A stretch of 64,000 nt of DNA from Pelagomonas calceolata (GCA_918797485.1 CAKKNE010000001.1:3720001-3784000), one strand, 5' to 3'; shown: positions 50,472-60,432, numbered from the stretch's first letter. The notes: generated from the sequence alone by a model not told the origin. Translations and numbers: made by a program.

Positions 50472-51518
50472 TTATTCGAGCCTCGGCAGCCGCGCGAGCC
50501 CGAGCTCCGCCAGCCTTAATGAAGACGCGCGCGTCTCGCGGTTGCGGTCGCGGCCCCAGGACACTATCAGTGAGTCGCCGTCGGCGACGAGGCCGACGGG
50601 GAACTGGATCATGTCCTCGATGTCCGGGCGGGTCGCCACGTCAAAGTCGACAGAAGACTCACTCCCAAGGCCGCGGAACCGGAACTCGCGCGACGCCGCG
50701 ACCATCAAAAACGGACTTTGCGCTTCAAACACATAAGCGAAGACCGTGTAGTACCGCCGATTTCGCGTCACATGACCGAAACCAACTCTATGAGTAGTAT
50801 TGAGCGCCACCGCGGGCGTGCCGCCACAGATTTTCGCCTTCGGCCCCGGGGCACTTAGTACGAAACCCCGCAAGAAACTCCGCTGGCGCATGGCCTCGCC
50901 CAGAACCCCGCTCCTTAGGTCAACAAGATGGGCCACGCCGTACCCATCCTCGTCCTCGAGCCAGCGCCAGACGTGCGGCTTTTGGTTTTGATCAAGAAAC
51001 GGGACCCAGTTCTTCTCCACGGCGTTCAAATTCGATGAAGTCAGCTCTTTTTCTGGAGACAGCGTCTGATACCCGTGCAGGAAGCGGAAGAACTGGCGCC
51101 GGTTGTTGCCCGCGTGCTCGGCGTAGATGATCATAGAAGTCGTGGAGTGCAGCTTGAGGATGCGCGCGTCCTCGGGGCCATTCAGCCGGAAGTTTCTCCT
51201 ATCCAAGCATTTCCTTAATGGATCACGAGGATTAATGCGGGTCCGCTCTGCCCCGAGCTGCCATTGTCCAATCATCGCGACGACGACCGCGGCGTCCCGA
51301 CACGCGGCGCCTCTGGTATAACGCGGCCGCTGGACGTTCCGTACGCTCAGGAAGTGCGTCGCGTTCCATCGCTCGATGGCCACGTTGAAGCGCGGCTTTC
51401 CCGCGTCGCCTCCCAAACTACGGGTCCAGACCGCCTGGCATGTTGGTAGGACGAGGAGGAGGAGGGCTCCGCCCAGGGAGCGCGTCCGGACGCCGCACGC
51501 CGGCACGTGGGCTAGCAT
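50472..51518 (-). CDS. Secreted/membrane beta-propeller carbohydrate-active protein (beta-mannosyltransferase/GH130-like fold)
   Basis: GPEDARI, EKNWVPF, GGTPAV, IQFPVGL and LIVSWG motifs; N-terminal hydrophobic signal. Confidence 0.65.
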   Translation of the reverse strand: MLAHVPACGVRTRSLGGALLLLVLPTCQAVWTRSLGGDAGKPRFNVAIERWNATHFLSVRNVQRPRYTRGAACRDAAVVVAMIGQWQLGAERTRINPRDPLRKCLDRRNFRLNGPEDARILKLHSTTSMIIYAEHAGNNRRQFFRFLHGYQTLSPEKELTSSNLNAVEKNWVPFLDQNQKPHVWRWLEDEDGYGVAHLVDLRSGVLGEAMRQRSFLRGFVLSAPGPKAKICGGTPAVALNTTHRVGFGHVTRNRRYYTVFAYVFEAQSPFLMVAASREFRFRGLGSESSVDFDVATRPDIEDMIQFPVGLVADGDSLIVSWGRDRNRETRASSLRLAELGLARLPRLE

Positions 51519-51659
51519 CGTTCTATGGGCTGCCCGCGCGTCGCAGGAATGCGAGGCATATCGTGTGTCGTGAGCGTCCCTCTATGCAGCGTTTGTGGTG
51601 GCCCTCTCGCACGCGTTGCCAGCGTTTTTTGGGCTGCTGCCTCGAGTTTTTTGTGATTT

Positions 51660-51681
51660 CTAGTGTCTTACTGGCGCTAGC
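51660..51681 (-). promoter_or_regulatory. CTAG-N13-CTAG upstream motif copy
   Basis: Reverse complement GCTAGCGccagtaagacaCTAG in the divergent gap 51518(-)/51848(+). Confidence 0.55.
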
Positions 51682-51847
51682 TGCATCCGAATCGCGCGCC
51701 CATCGTTTTTGAGCACGGCGCGCCCGCTAATATAGTGCAGCACCACAACGACTTATAAAAACCGCGAGCGCGCCTCGCCGACGCCGCCTGGACAGCGCTC
51801 GAGCCGACGCCCCTCTCTCAGCTCAAAACCAGTAGTGGCTGGCAGTC

Positions 51848-53182
51848 ATGCCGCGCGCGTCCACTAACGCGCAGTTGGACGCATCGAGCCCGCGAGTCGC
51901 CTGGACTGTCGCAGTCGCGGCGCTGGCAGTCCTCGCCGGCCGCGAGCTGCAGCGCGCGTCAACGTGTGCCCTCCACCCGAAGGACGAGGCGCGCGCCGCG
52001 GCGCTCGTCGAGGCCGAGGTTGGAAGATTATGGGCCGCGTCGAGTCAAGCATCAAATGATGCGGACGCCCAGCTTAAACTGCTGACGAAGGAGCTGGTCG
52101 ACGTGGAGAAATTAGCGTCGTCACTAGTCGGCCGCGCTCATGATGATGCCGAAGCCGTCGCGGCGGCCATCGAGGCGGCGCCCGCACCCGCGGACAAGAA
52201 TAGTGACGACGCCTGGGCCGAGGCGCGGCGATTGGCCGAGGCCGCGAGGGCGGACGCCGACGCCGCGCAGGCCAGTGCCGAGGCTTCCCAAAAGGACGCC
52301 CAGCAGGCGGCGTCTGTCGCTGCTGCCGCGAAGCCCCGCGACGAAACTTTAGCCGAGATCGAAAGTGCGGCCGTCGCCGTCGAGGAGCGGTCGCGGCAAG
52401 CGACCACGGCTCTAGAGCAAGCTTCAAAACAACTCGCCGCCGCCGAAGACGCCTCGTCCCAGCTCCAGAAGGAGTTGAAGCGGACGCCGCCCGCTTCCGT
52501 AGGCGACCGCGCGCTCCGGAAGGCCGTCGACGAAGTCACCGAAGCTGCGGCAAAAGCTGCAGCAGCTAGAAGGGGCGGCCGCGAGACGACGAACGACGTC
52601 AAGGCCCTCGTTGATGCCGCTGTAGATGACTTCTTCGACGGGGACCGGGTCGGTAGGTTCGACTACGCTCTCCAAGCGGCCGGGGCGAAAGTGGTGCCTG
52701 CACAAACGTCGGAGCCGTACACGCCGCGCGGGGCCATCATACCAACAAAAGTCTGGCACGCTCTGGGTCTGGATGCGGGCGTCGGCCGCGCGGCCGACGC
52801 GCTTTCCGCTGTTAATGACTTCGGCCGGTGCTTCGCGTTTAGAGGCGCCGAAGGGAAGCTGACGGTGCGCCTCTCGAGGCCCGTGCGGCCGACCCATTTT
52901 AGTGTAGAGCATTTACATGCGGCTCTATGTGATCCCGCCCGCAACGCGAACTGCTCGTCGGCGCCTCAACAAATGGACGTCGTCGGCAGGAGTGGTGACG
53001 GCTCTCTGGTCGAGTTCGGCTCTTTTAGCTATGCGGCATCAACAGACGCGCCGACGGTGCAGACGTTCGCGGCGGCGTCGCTCGGGGAACGGGTCGACGC
53101 CGTCACGCTCCGGGTCAAGAGCAACCACGGCCACCCGGACTACACGTGCCTGTACCGCTTCCGCGTGCACGGGGACGAGTAA
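51848..53182 (+). CDS. SUN-domain (Sad1/UNC-84) nuclear envelope protein
   Basis: TM segment plus coiled coil, then DYALQAAGAKVV...GRCFAFRG...SSAPQQM...SNHGHPDYTCLYRFRVHG. Confidence 0.95.
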   Translation: MPRASTNAQLDASSPRVAWTVAVAALAVLAGRELQRASTCALHPKDEARAAALVEAEVGRLWAASSQASNDADAQLKLLTKELVDVEKLASSLVGRAHDDAEAVAAAIEAAPAPADKNSDDAWAEARRLAEAARADADAAQASAEASQKDAQQAASVAAAAKPRDETLAEIESAAVAVEERSRQATTALEQASKQLAAAEDASSQLQKELKRTPPASVGDRALRKAVDEVTEAAAKAAAARRGGRETTNDVKALVDAAVDDFFDGDRVGRFDYALQAAGAKVVPAQTSEPYTPRGAIIPTKVWHALGLDAGVGRAADALSAVNDFGRCFAFRGAEGKLTVRLSRPVRPTHFSVEHLHAALCDPARNANCSSAPQQMDVVGRSGDGSLVEFGSFSYAASTDAPTVQTFAAASLGERVDAVTLRVKSNHGHPDYTCLYRFRVHGDE

Positions 53183-53374
53183 TTCTTGATGTGCTTCTTT
53201 CTTCTTCCCGGTGGCGTGGCCGCCGCGTAGCCGCCACGGCGCGATCGCTGACGAGGCGCCACGCGGCGGCGCCGGCCGAGCCGTTACCATGGTCATGTTT
53301 ACATGTGGTAGGGACTAGTTGCGTGCTCGTCTGATGGCCCGGTGCGGGGTTCCGACGCAATATCACTTAAAGCT

Positions 53375-53429
53375 TATATTGTTACGGTGCTAGGACTAGT
53401 GGTCGGAGCCCCTGGGGGAGACACCGCGC
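53375..53429 (+). repeat. Dispersed repeat, similar to the reverse complement of 58573-58645
   Basis: tatattgttacggtgctaggactagtggtcggagcccctgggggagacaccgcgc vs tatgttgtcacggtgctgctaggactagtgggcgaagtccctgggg...gggagacaccgcgc. Confidence 0.75.
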
Positions 53430-53461
53430 TTCGCCGATTCATCGGCGAAGGCAGCGATATT

Positions 53462-53483
53462 GCTAGCGGCTGTAAGACACTAG
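53462..53483 (+). promoter_or_regulatory. CTAG-N13-CTAG upstream motif copy
   Basis: GCTAGCGgctgtaagacaCTAG, ~55 bp before ATG 53537. Confidence 0.55.
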
Positions 53484-53536
53484 CCCTGTGGGCAAGGCGT
53501 TTTGGAAGAAGTGCCACTCAGCCGAGGCGTCGCAGC

Positions 53537-54247
53537 ATGCAAGGCGAACAGTACTATGCCGAGGGCAGCCAGCCCGTGGCCACGGGCACGGTCGTAGAGC
53601 AGCCGGTCGTCCTCTCCGGAACTATTGTGAATGTGGAGCAGCCCGCGCCGACGGCGTACGCGGTCCAGCAGCCCGCGAAGATGCCCGTCGTGATCGCGGG
53701 CGCCCCGCCGCCGACCATGGTCGTGACGACCGCCACGACCGTCGTCCAGCCCGCGGCGCCGGCCCCGGCCGGCCGCTGGCTCGGCGGCAACGCGTGCGGC
53801 TGCTGCGACCCCCCCGGGGGTGGGCCGCTCTGCTGCACCGCGTTCTGCTGCCCCTGCGTCGTGGTCGGCCAGCTCTGGCACCGCATCGTCGAGCGCGGCG
53901 GCGGCGGCACCGTCCTGGGGATCCTCTGCGGCGTGTCCATCGCCGCCTACGTCCTCGAGATAATTGTGGACGCTATTTTAGCCCCTATGCGAGTCGGCTG
54001 GATTTTCCGTTTCCCCGCGGGCTTCGTCTACCTCTACTACATGCTCAAGATCCGGGAGGCGGCCGCGAGGGAAGGAGGGTTCCAAGACCACCCCGTGCTC
54101 TGCGGGAACGAGTGCTGCGAGACCTACTGGTGCCTGCCCTGCATCGCATGCTTCATCATGCGCCACGACATCGCTGCGAAGCAACCTGGCTATAATTACC
54201 AGGGGTGCGGCAACATGGCGGGGACGGTGCACGACCTGCCGGCCTAG
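53537..54247 (+). CDS. PLAC8-family Cys-rich membrane protein
   Basis: WLGGNACGCCD...LCCTAFCCPCVVVGQ...IRE...ECCETYWCLPCIACFIMRH; Pro/Gln-rich N-terminus starting MQGEQ. Confidence 0.85.
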   Translation: MQGEQYYAEGSQPVATGTVVEQPVVLSGTIVNVEQPAPTAYAVQQPAKMPVVIAGAPPPTMVVTTATTVVQPAAPAPAGRWLGGNACGCCDPPGGGPLCCTAFCCPCVVVGQLWHRIVERGGGGTVLGILCGVSIAAYVLEIIVDAILAPMRVGWIFRFPAGFVYLYYMLKIREAAAREGGFQDHPVLCGNECCETYWCLPCIACFIMRHDIAAKQPGYNYQGCGNMAGTVHDLPA

Positions 54248-54655
54248 TCCCTTTTCCTTCCGCCTTTCCCTCGTCTCCCAGGCGACGGTGGGCCCATATT
54301 GTAAGTATACTTTTGCTGCATTCAGACTCGGTGGAGTAGCCCCAGCGGCGGCGTTTTGGCCAGAGCGGCGCATGCCGCGGCCGGCGGAGACGTCTTGCCG
54401 GCCAAAAAAGCTAATATCGGGTTCTTGGAGGGGGAGTCAGTTCGGCAATGAGTCAATTTGAGGGGATGACGCCCCGGGGCGCGGGCCTCAGGGCTTCTTA
54501 TTTCCAGCTAGTGGGACTACCTAGCGTTTGAGCTCTCAGATTTCGCGCGCTATTCGTCGTTAAATAACGGCCGCCGTGCACCGGTTGCGCCGCGCGCGCT
54601 GCTTACAGAAATCACCAATAAACCCCAAACGCCTCCGAGGCGGCGAAACGCAGCC

Positions 54656-56017
54656 ATGCGCGCGCTCCTGCTAGGTATCCACCTCACCACCTCATATGCT
54701 CTCGTGGCCCCGCGCGGCGGCGCGCGCCGACTCACGTCCACCCAATTGCACGTCTTCAAGGAGCCCACCACGCCCAAGCCCGTCGAGGCTCCGAGAAGAC
54801 CCAAGTCCAAGCTCCGGCCGCGCGACCCGTCGCTCTACATGGAGCCGGTGCCCTTGGTGCCCGACGCCGAGGGCAACTGGGAGCCCCTCGTGAGCGAGAT
54901 CTGGACCGACGTCGAGAAGATGTCGAAATTGGCGGAGACGAATTTTAAAGCTGAGTTGAGCCGCTTCAGAGACTTCTGCGATCACTATAGAACCGCTAGA
55001 GGGACCATCGAGAGCAATGGCAGGACGCTATCCGCCCAGACGCGATTGTTCGACGTCGACTTCGACGACGCCGGGCCCATCCGCAAGACGAAGGACCACA
55101 AGTGGGTCCGGAAGCTCGCCAAGCGCGTCCACCCGATCGTCCTGGAGGAGTACGAGCAGGCGCTGAACCCGACGACGACGCGCAACGGCACCTGGGCCAC
55201 GCGCAAGCAGATCACGTGGTCGAACACGCAAGTCATGGCCGTTCGCGGTACGCCGTGGGACGCTCCCCCGACGGCAAGCGAGGAGGAGGAGGTCGCCGAC
55301 CCGAAGGCGGGCATGGACGAGGCCGCGCGCGATGCCGCGGCGGCGGCCGAGGAGATGAGTGCGGGCGACGGCGACGCGCCTACCCGGAGCACGCCTCCCG
55401 CGGAGGAGATGGTTTCTGTTGTGGAAGAACCGCCTCTGGATCCGACCCAGTACCAGCAGCTGTTGCTGCAGCAGGTCACGCCGCTGAAGACGGGGGTGTT
55501 GCGCTTCCCGCGCACAATGAAGGCTCTGGGCCGGTACGAAGCTACGTCTCCGCCGCCTCGCCACGTCATCATCTCGCGACTGCCTCCCGGTTGTTCTACT
55601 GAGCCTAGATCCGATTTACAAAACTTCCTGCTCACCACTCATATCCCTTTATCGGGCCAAGGCGAACTCACGTGCGGCGGCGAGACCGTGGCCTACGAAG
55701 AGGCGAAGCCGGTCGTCTTCGACAGCACGAGATCCTATTCGATCAAGAACACGGGCTCCGAAGATTTACTCTTATTACACGTCGACTTCTGGCACCCGGC
55801 GGTCACGGAGGACGAGAAGCAGATGCTGGCCTACTTCTGGATGCTCTGGCAGTTCGACCAGTACCATCCCAGCACCCGGGCCAAGTACACGCGCCGCGTC
55901 AACTTCCGGAAGGACCAGGAGCGCCGCGAGCGCGAGGAGCGGCGCAAGGCCATCAAGCGCTCGGACAAGAAGGACGGCGGCGGCGGCGGCGGCGGCGGCT
56001 CGATCGCGCGCAAGTAG
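54656..56017 (+). CDS. Aspartyl/asparaginyl beta-hydroxylase-like protein, plastid-targeted, metal ligands apparently lost
   Basis: FPRTMKAL...SRLPPG..EPRSD..NFLLTTHIPL...GE...VVFDS....N.GSED....VDFWHP; bipartite-like N-terminus. Confidence 0.8.
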   Translation: MRALLLGIHLTTSYALVAPRGGARRLTSTQLHVFKEPTTPKPVEAPRRPKSKLRPRDPSLYMEPVPLVPDAEGNWEPLVSEIWTDVEKMSKLAETNFKAELSRFRDFCDHYRTARGTIESNGRTLSAQTRLFDVDFDDAGPIRKTKDHKWVRKLAKRVHPIVLEEYEQALNPTTTRNGTWATRKQITWSNTQVMAVRGTPWDAPPTASEEEEVADPKAGMDEAARDAAAAAEEMSAGDGDAPTRSTPPAEEMVSVVEEPPLDPTQYQQLLLQQVTPLKTGVLRFPRTMKALGRYEATSPPPRHVIISRLPPGCSTEPRSDLQNFLLTTHIPLSGQGELTCGGETVAYEEAKPVVFDSTRSYSIKNTGSEDLLLLHVDFWHPAVTEDEKQMLAYFWMLWQFDQYHPSTRAKYTRRVNFRKDQERREREERRKAIKRSDKKDGGGGGGGGSIARK

Positions 56018-56252
56018 ATTACTAGTCGCCTCCTGTGCACATTAACTAACTAAACTTCATCTAGACCGGGCACTAGGGCTACTAGAGCCGTTTCTAGCAC
56101 GCGGCCAATAAACCCCGAACCTTTATCTAGATGCGCATGCGCGCTGCGGTGCGCGCCCGCTGCCGGACTTCTGAATTGTGCTCTGTGCTGGACGAATAGC
56201 TCACCGAACAGCTCACCGATCCTATGCTTGCTGTACATAGCCCGCCCATCTA

Positions 56253-57326
56253 ATGTTGTTCGTAGCCGCCAAGGTGGAGTCCATTGCCATTCTGCTGTGC
56301 CTCGGGGCAGCCCGGGCCGCCTGCGACCCTTCCTCATGGCCCGACTTAGACACACACGTTTGCGGTGGGTGCAAGGCGCTCGTGAACTGGAAGCCGTATG
56401 GTTCCACGTGCGGTGGCTACTGTTCCGGCATTGGCCTCACTTGCGTCGACGGTTGGGAGGAGGTTGGGGATGACGGATGTACCGAAGGAGAGAACCTCGG
56501 ATGCGACAGATCGTATTTTGGGACGGGCGACGCGATCTGTGAGTGCGCGGGCGACTACGACGAGGCGAACTACGGGGCCTGTAGACAATCCAACTGCCCG
56601 TGCCAGAGAGGGTTCAGGTTACCCGGGGACTGGGGCTGGGATGCCACGGCGGATATCAATTACGTCCGCACCAACGCGTTCATTGCTGCGGCGGTCAACT
56701 GCGCCTGCACCAGGTGCGGGCACTACGACTTCATCAAGGCTTGGCCTGCGTACGACGGGGGTTGTGGCATCGCCCAGACCGTCGTCGCAGACGGGTCTGC
56801 GGCGAGCCAAGTCGTGCTGAATTACTACCCGCTCGATGATTCGACCTGCGCGGCGACCCAGACGAAGGTACAAGCGTTTCCCGACGGCGTCTGCTTAGAC
56901 CCGCAGACAACGGCACTCCCCTTCGTGAAGTTTACGTGCTCGGCCGACGGCGCAACTTACGACTACGAAGCATACGGAGCCGACCCGAATTGCCAGGGCG
57001 CTGCCGACGCTGGGAGTGCCTTCGCGATCCCCACGCCCGGATGCGGCCTCAGCGCGGACCCTTCCGCCCCAGGAGAATCGTACATCTCGGCTGAATGTTT
57101 CGGGCCGGACTACAATTCGGACATGAGCTGCGGCGCCCCAGCCAACACCGTCGACGCGGGCAAAAAGCAGTCGTCGGGCCAGACAACCAGCAGCCGCCGC
57201 TCCAGAGCACTTGTCGCGGTCGTGGTCGCGGTCGCGGCGTTTGCCGGCGCTTGCTGCGCCGCGGCCGTCACTGTTCTACGCCTCCGCAAGTCGTCGGAGG
57301 CTACCGTCACGCCGGCGCGGCCCTGA
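56253..57326 (+). CDS. Cys-rich type I membrane (cell-surface) protein
   Basis: Signal-like N-terminus, Cys-dense ectodomain (WPDLD..CGGCKALV...CGGYC...CVDGWEE...DAICEC) and C-terminal TM ALVAVVVAVAAFAGACC. Confidence 0.8.
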   Translation: MLFVAAKVESIAILLCLGAARAACDPSSWPDLDTHVCGGCKALVNWKPYGSTCGGYCSGIGLTCVDGWEEVGDDGCTEGENLGCDRSYFGTGDAICECAGDYDEANYGACRQSNCPCQRGFRLPGDWGWDATADINYVRTNAFIAAAVNCACTRCGHYDFIKAWPAYDGGCGIAQTVVADGSAASQVVLNYYPLDDSTCAATQTKVQAFPDGVCLDPQTTALPFVKFTCSADGATYDYEAYGADPNCQGAADAGSAFAIPTPGCGLSADPSAPGESYISAECFGPDYNSDMSCGAPANTVDAGKKQSSGQTTSSRRSRALVAVVVAVAAFAGACCAAAVTVLRLRKSSEATVTPARP

Positions 57327-57463
57327 TATTTCGATGTCCTTCCTTCTTTCACCTCGCCGTCATCGCCCGCCGCCACTCCGATATGTAGTCTTGTATAAAT
57401 AGCTATTTATTAAGATTACCTACCGCAGCGAGCGTGCGGAATTGTGCAGAATGTGCAATAAGG

Positions 57464-58111
57464 TCAGCCGCCGCGCTCGCCGTCCGGCGACGCGCTGCAG
57501 CAGACCCAGTGGGACCAGGCGCACCGCGTGGGCTCCGGCGGCGGTGGCACAATTGGTGCGGACCGCTTTGCCCAAACTCCGACGACCGCGTCGGCCGAGC
57601 GCGACGAGCGGAGCGGCTCGTCGCCTCTCGCGAGCTCCAACCGACCCGGAGGCGTACTTTCAACGCCGTCGGGCGACCAGTAGGACAAAGGGTCCTCGCG
57701 GCTCTCGGACCGCTTCTTGAGAATAGAACGATGAGGAGGACAAGACGCGCTCTTCTCCTCGAGCAGAGGCGACGGCGGCTCGGGCTCGAGCTCGAACTGA
57801 TCCCCGGGCGATCTTCCTAAATCTTTGAGTGATGGAGGTCGTGAACTCCCCTTCAGACCACGCAGCTGCCGCGCCTTCCGCCGCGCCCCGAGCCAGGCCG
57901 CCCGGATCCGGCGCTCGTGCGGATCTAAGAGAGCGTGGAGGTCCTCGGTCGACGACTCGCACAATGAACCCGCGAGGTGGAGCCGCGGCGGCACGCTTGG
58001 CGCGGTTTCCGAAGGCGACGGGAGCTCGTCAAGGTTCGTCTGCGTCGGCGAGAGCGCCGACGGGGCCATGGCGTCGCCGACGTCGCAGTAGAGGCCGAAG
58101 ACGGCGCTCAT
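57464..58111 (-). CDS. Hypothetical Pro/Ser-rich protein
   Basis: 215-aa ATG-initiated ORF filling the gap; no domain recognised. Confidence 0.5.
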   Translation of the reverse strand: MSAVFGLYCDVGDAMAPSALSPTQTNLDELPSPSETAPSVPPRLHLAGSLCESSTEDLHALLDPHERRIRAAWLGARRKARQLRGLKGSSRPPSLKDLGRSPGDQFELEPEPPSPLLEEKSASCPPHRSILKKRSESREDPLSYWSPDGVESTPPGRLELARGDEPLRSSRSADAVVGVWAKRSAPIVPPPPEPTRCAWSHWVCCSASPDGERGG

Positions 58112-58572
58112 AGCCGATGTTCTGTCCCTAGGTGCTGGCAGATGGCGGGCGAATCGCCGCGTTATTTACAGTTTTTGTGCACGGCGCTGCGCTCAAGCCG
58201 TTGGATAGGCCGTCAGCTCGCTGGGCCAGTGGTCGGCGCGTCCGAAACTAGCGGCGTCGGCAGGCTAGGCGACGATTTGAAGAGGTTCAGGCGATCTGTG
58301 CCTAATGCGGCCCTTAGATCTCCAGCGCGGCCGCGAAATTGCACGTGAGGCAAGTCAGCACCAGCGAGAAGAGATGCCAAGCAACAGCTGACCCGTTTAT
58401 GGGCTGACCGTGCCGTACTCGTGTGGAATCGAGCAGTTCCGCCCAGCTCGCCGGGAGTTGGAGGAGCACGGGGTGGGGTGCGATTCCCCCCAGAACACCA
58501 TCTGTCCGCGCCTCCCGGACGAGCTGAAAGAGGAGACCCCCGATTTGCCGAAAACCCGGGTGGTTTAGAGAC

Positions 58573-58645
58573 GCGCGGTGTCTCCCCCTCCCCACTGGAC
58601 CCCAGGGACTTCGCCCACTAGTCCTAGCAGCACCGTGACAACATA
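58573..58645 (-). repeat. Dispersed repeat, partner of 53375-53429
   Basis: Reverse complement shares gctaggactagtgg and gggggagacaccgcgc blocks with 53375-53429. Confidence 0.75.
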
Positions 58646-58716
58646 GATGCCAAAGATAGGAAAGCACTTTAACTTAGCAGGCAAGGGGGAAAGGCAAGGG
58701 CGTATGTACAGAAGCT

Positions 58717-60432
58717 TCAAGCGCAGCGCCGGAGCGCCAATATAAAGACGGACCGCTCCGTCTTCGGGTAGACGAGGAGGTAGCGGTCGGCGACGGCGAC
58801 GCCGCCGTCGGTGCGGTAGGCGAAGTCTCTAGGATTCAAATCAAACTCCACGAGCGCCGGCTTGTCTCCACCTCGCCGCTCCGCCGCCGCGAGCACCCGA
58901 GCTCGTTGTGCTGCTAAAGCAACAGCTTCTCGACGAATCGTAGCCAGGTTGGCGTACAAAAATCGAGCCGCGGACCAGGTCCCCAACACGCGTCGCAAGG
59001 GCGCCGCGTGGACGGTGCAACGTTCTCCGAAGAAACTTGTGAAGGAAGCAACATCCCGAAACTCAGGAGAAGGCGGCGGCTGCTGCGCCTCCACGTCCAT
59101 CTTGGGTTTGGTACGAGCGCCTCGTTGGCGTTTGGGGGGTTGTATCTCGACTTGCGGCTCCTCTTTACTGCCTTCCACCACTTTTAAAACAGAATCTCTG
59201 AGCACGGATAGGACCCTACTCAAATGTCCGGCCGCCGACCAGGGGCTCCAAGGTAAGTGTTTCGCGAATCTCGAAGAGCCTGGTGCCTTGGCGTCGGCGC
59301 AAGCCGGCGCCTCGACGCAGACGCAGACGTCGTCGAGCGAAACGCCGCGCGCTTCTAAACCGAGTAAGGCGTCCCGCAAGTCCGGCGAGCAAGCTGGTTT
59401 CAATAATCCAGATTCATCTCTCACAGCATAATCATGTAATGTGGCACCGCGCGCGGTGGCCACCGCTCTAGCCCGCCACCGCTCCTTCCTCAAACTTCGA
59501 GCACCCGCACCGTTCGCCAGGTATGCGCATCTAGCATGAAAAGCTTTTTTGGCGGCCCTGGGCCCGTCGTCGCCGTCGCCGCGGTCGTCGCAGAGCTCGA
59601 GCAGTAGTCGCACCTCCGGCGCCGCCGCTTTGAGTCGGAAACAACTCCGTAGAGCGCTCGACGCGAGCTGGGCGCAGGCGTCGGCTCGCGCGTTCTCGAA
59701 GACGTCGTCCCGGACCTCAGTATTCAAAGCTAGTCGTTGATAACCGGACCGGTGCGGCGCCACCGGCGCTTTAGGCGCTTTGACAGCCAAGTCAAACACA
59801 GGAGCCGTCCGGCACGGCGAGGTCCCTTCCAACCGCCCGTAGCACGTCGCCGCGCCCCAATCATCATTCCCGCCACTGTCCTTGCGCGCCAGGGGCATGG
59901 TCGGCGGCCCTCGACATAAATCCATGTCGTCCGTCGTCCTTGGGCTGGTCGGTGTCTTCTCCGGCGTCTTCGCGCCGTCGACCGATTGACCGGATAGTCT
60001 AGCTCTAAACCACCTCGCTAGGTGTAGAGCCGCCGCTCTCGTAGCGGGATCCGCGCCTTCTAGAGAGGACAAAGGTGCACAGAGCGCCACGGCGCCGCAG
60101 TCCGCGAGGAGATCGCTCTCGGCTCGTAATTCCTCGGTCCCTTCCGTAGCATCGAAGGTAGGTTCCGGTTCGACCTCCGCCGCGACGGCCGGCGCCATGG
60201 CTACTACACTTGGACCTAGTGGAGCCGGTAGAGGGAGTTGGGCCTGCCGCCGGTCATCGCTCCGGAAACACACGCCGCCGCCCGCGCTTCGCTTCGGCAG
60301 CGGCGCGACGCGCGCGCACGGCCCGTTCTGGACGATATCATCGTCCAGCAAGGCCTCCATCCAGCCGTTCTCCTCCGGTAAAAACGCTCCATCTAACACC
60401 TCCCAGGGCGGCAGCTCCTCCGTCGCTGCCAT
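58717..60432 (-). CDS. Hypothetical protein (~571 aa)
   Basis: Long minus-strand ORF with antisense shadow ORFs; no domain recognised. Confidence 0.7.
   Translation of the reverse strand: MAATEELPPWEVLDGAFLPEENGWMEALLDDDIVQNGPCARVAPLPKRSAGGGVCFRSDDRRQAQLPLPAPLGPSVVAMAPAVAAEVEPEPTFDATEGTEELRAESDLLADCGAVALCAPLSSLEGADPATRAAALHLARWFRARLSGQSVDGAKTPEKTPTSPRTTDDMDLCRGPPTMPLARKDSGGNDDWGAATCYGRLEGTSPCRTAPVFDLAVKAPKAPVAPHRSGYQRLALNTEVRDDVFENARADACAQLASSALRSCFRLKAAAPEVRLLLELCDDRGDGDDGPRAAKKAFHARCAYLANGAGARSLRKERWRARAVATARGATLHDYAVRDESGLLKPACSPDLRDALLGLEARGVSLDDVCVCVEAPACADAKAPGSSRFAKHLPWSPWSAAGHLSRVLSVLRDSVLKVVEGSKEEPQVEIQPPKRQRGARTKPKMDVEAQQPPPSPEFRDVASFTSFFGERCTVHAAPLRRVLGTWSAARFLYANLATIRREAVALAAQRARVLAAAERRGGDKPALVEFDLNPRDFAYRTDGGVAVADRYLLVYPKTERSVFILALRRCA

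Noticed and set aside
58248..58268. CTAG-N13-CTAG at 58248 (and partial matches at ~54508 and ~63488)
   Set aside because: Lacks the ACAC/CATAC-TAG half or one CTAG; not counted among the ten copies, though possibly degenerate members.
58372..58653. 9-bp direct repeat agatgccaa as a possible TSD or solo-LTR boundary
   Set aside because: No TIRs or TG...CA ends at the implied boundaries; could be chance.
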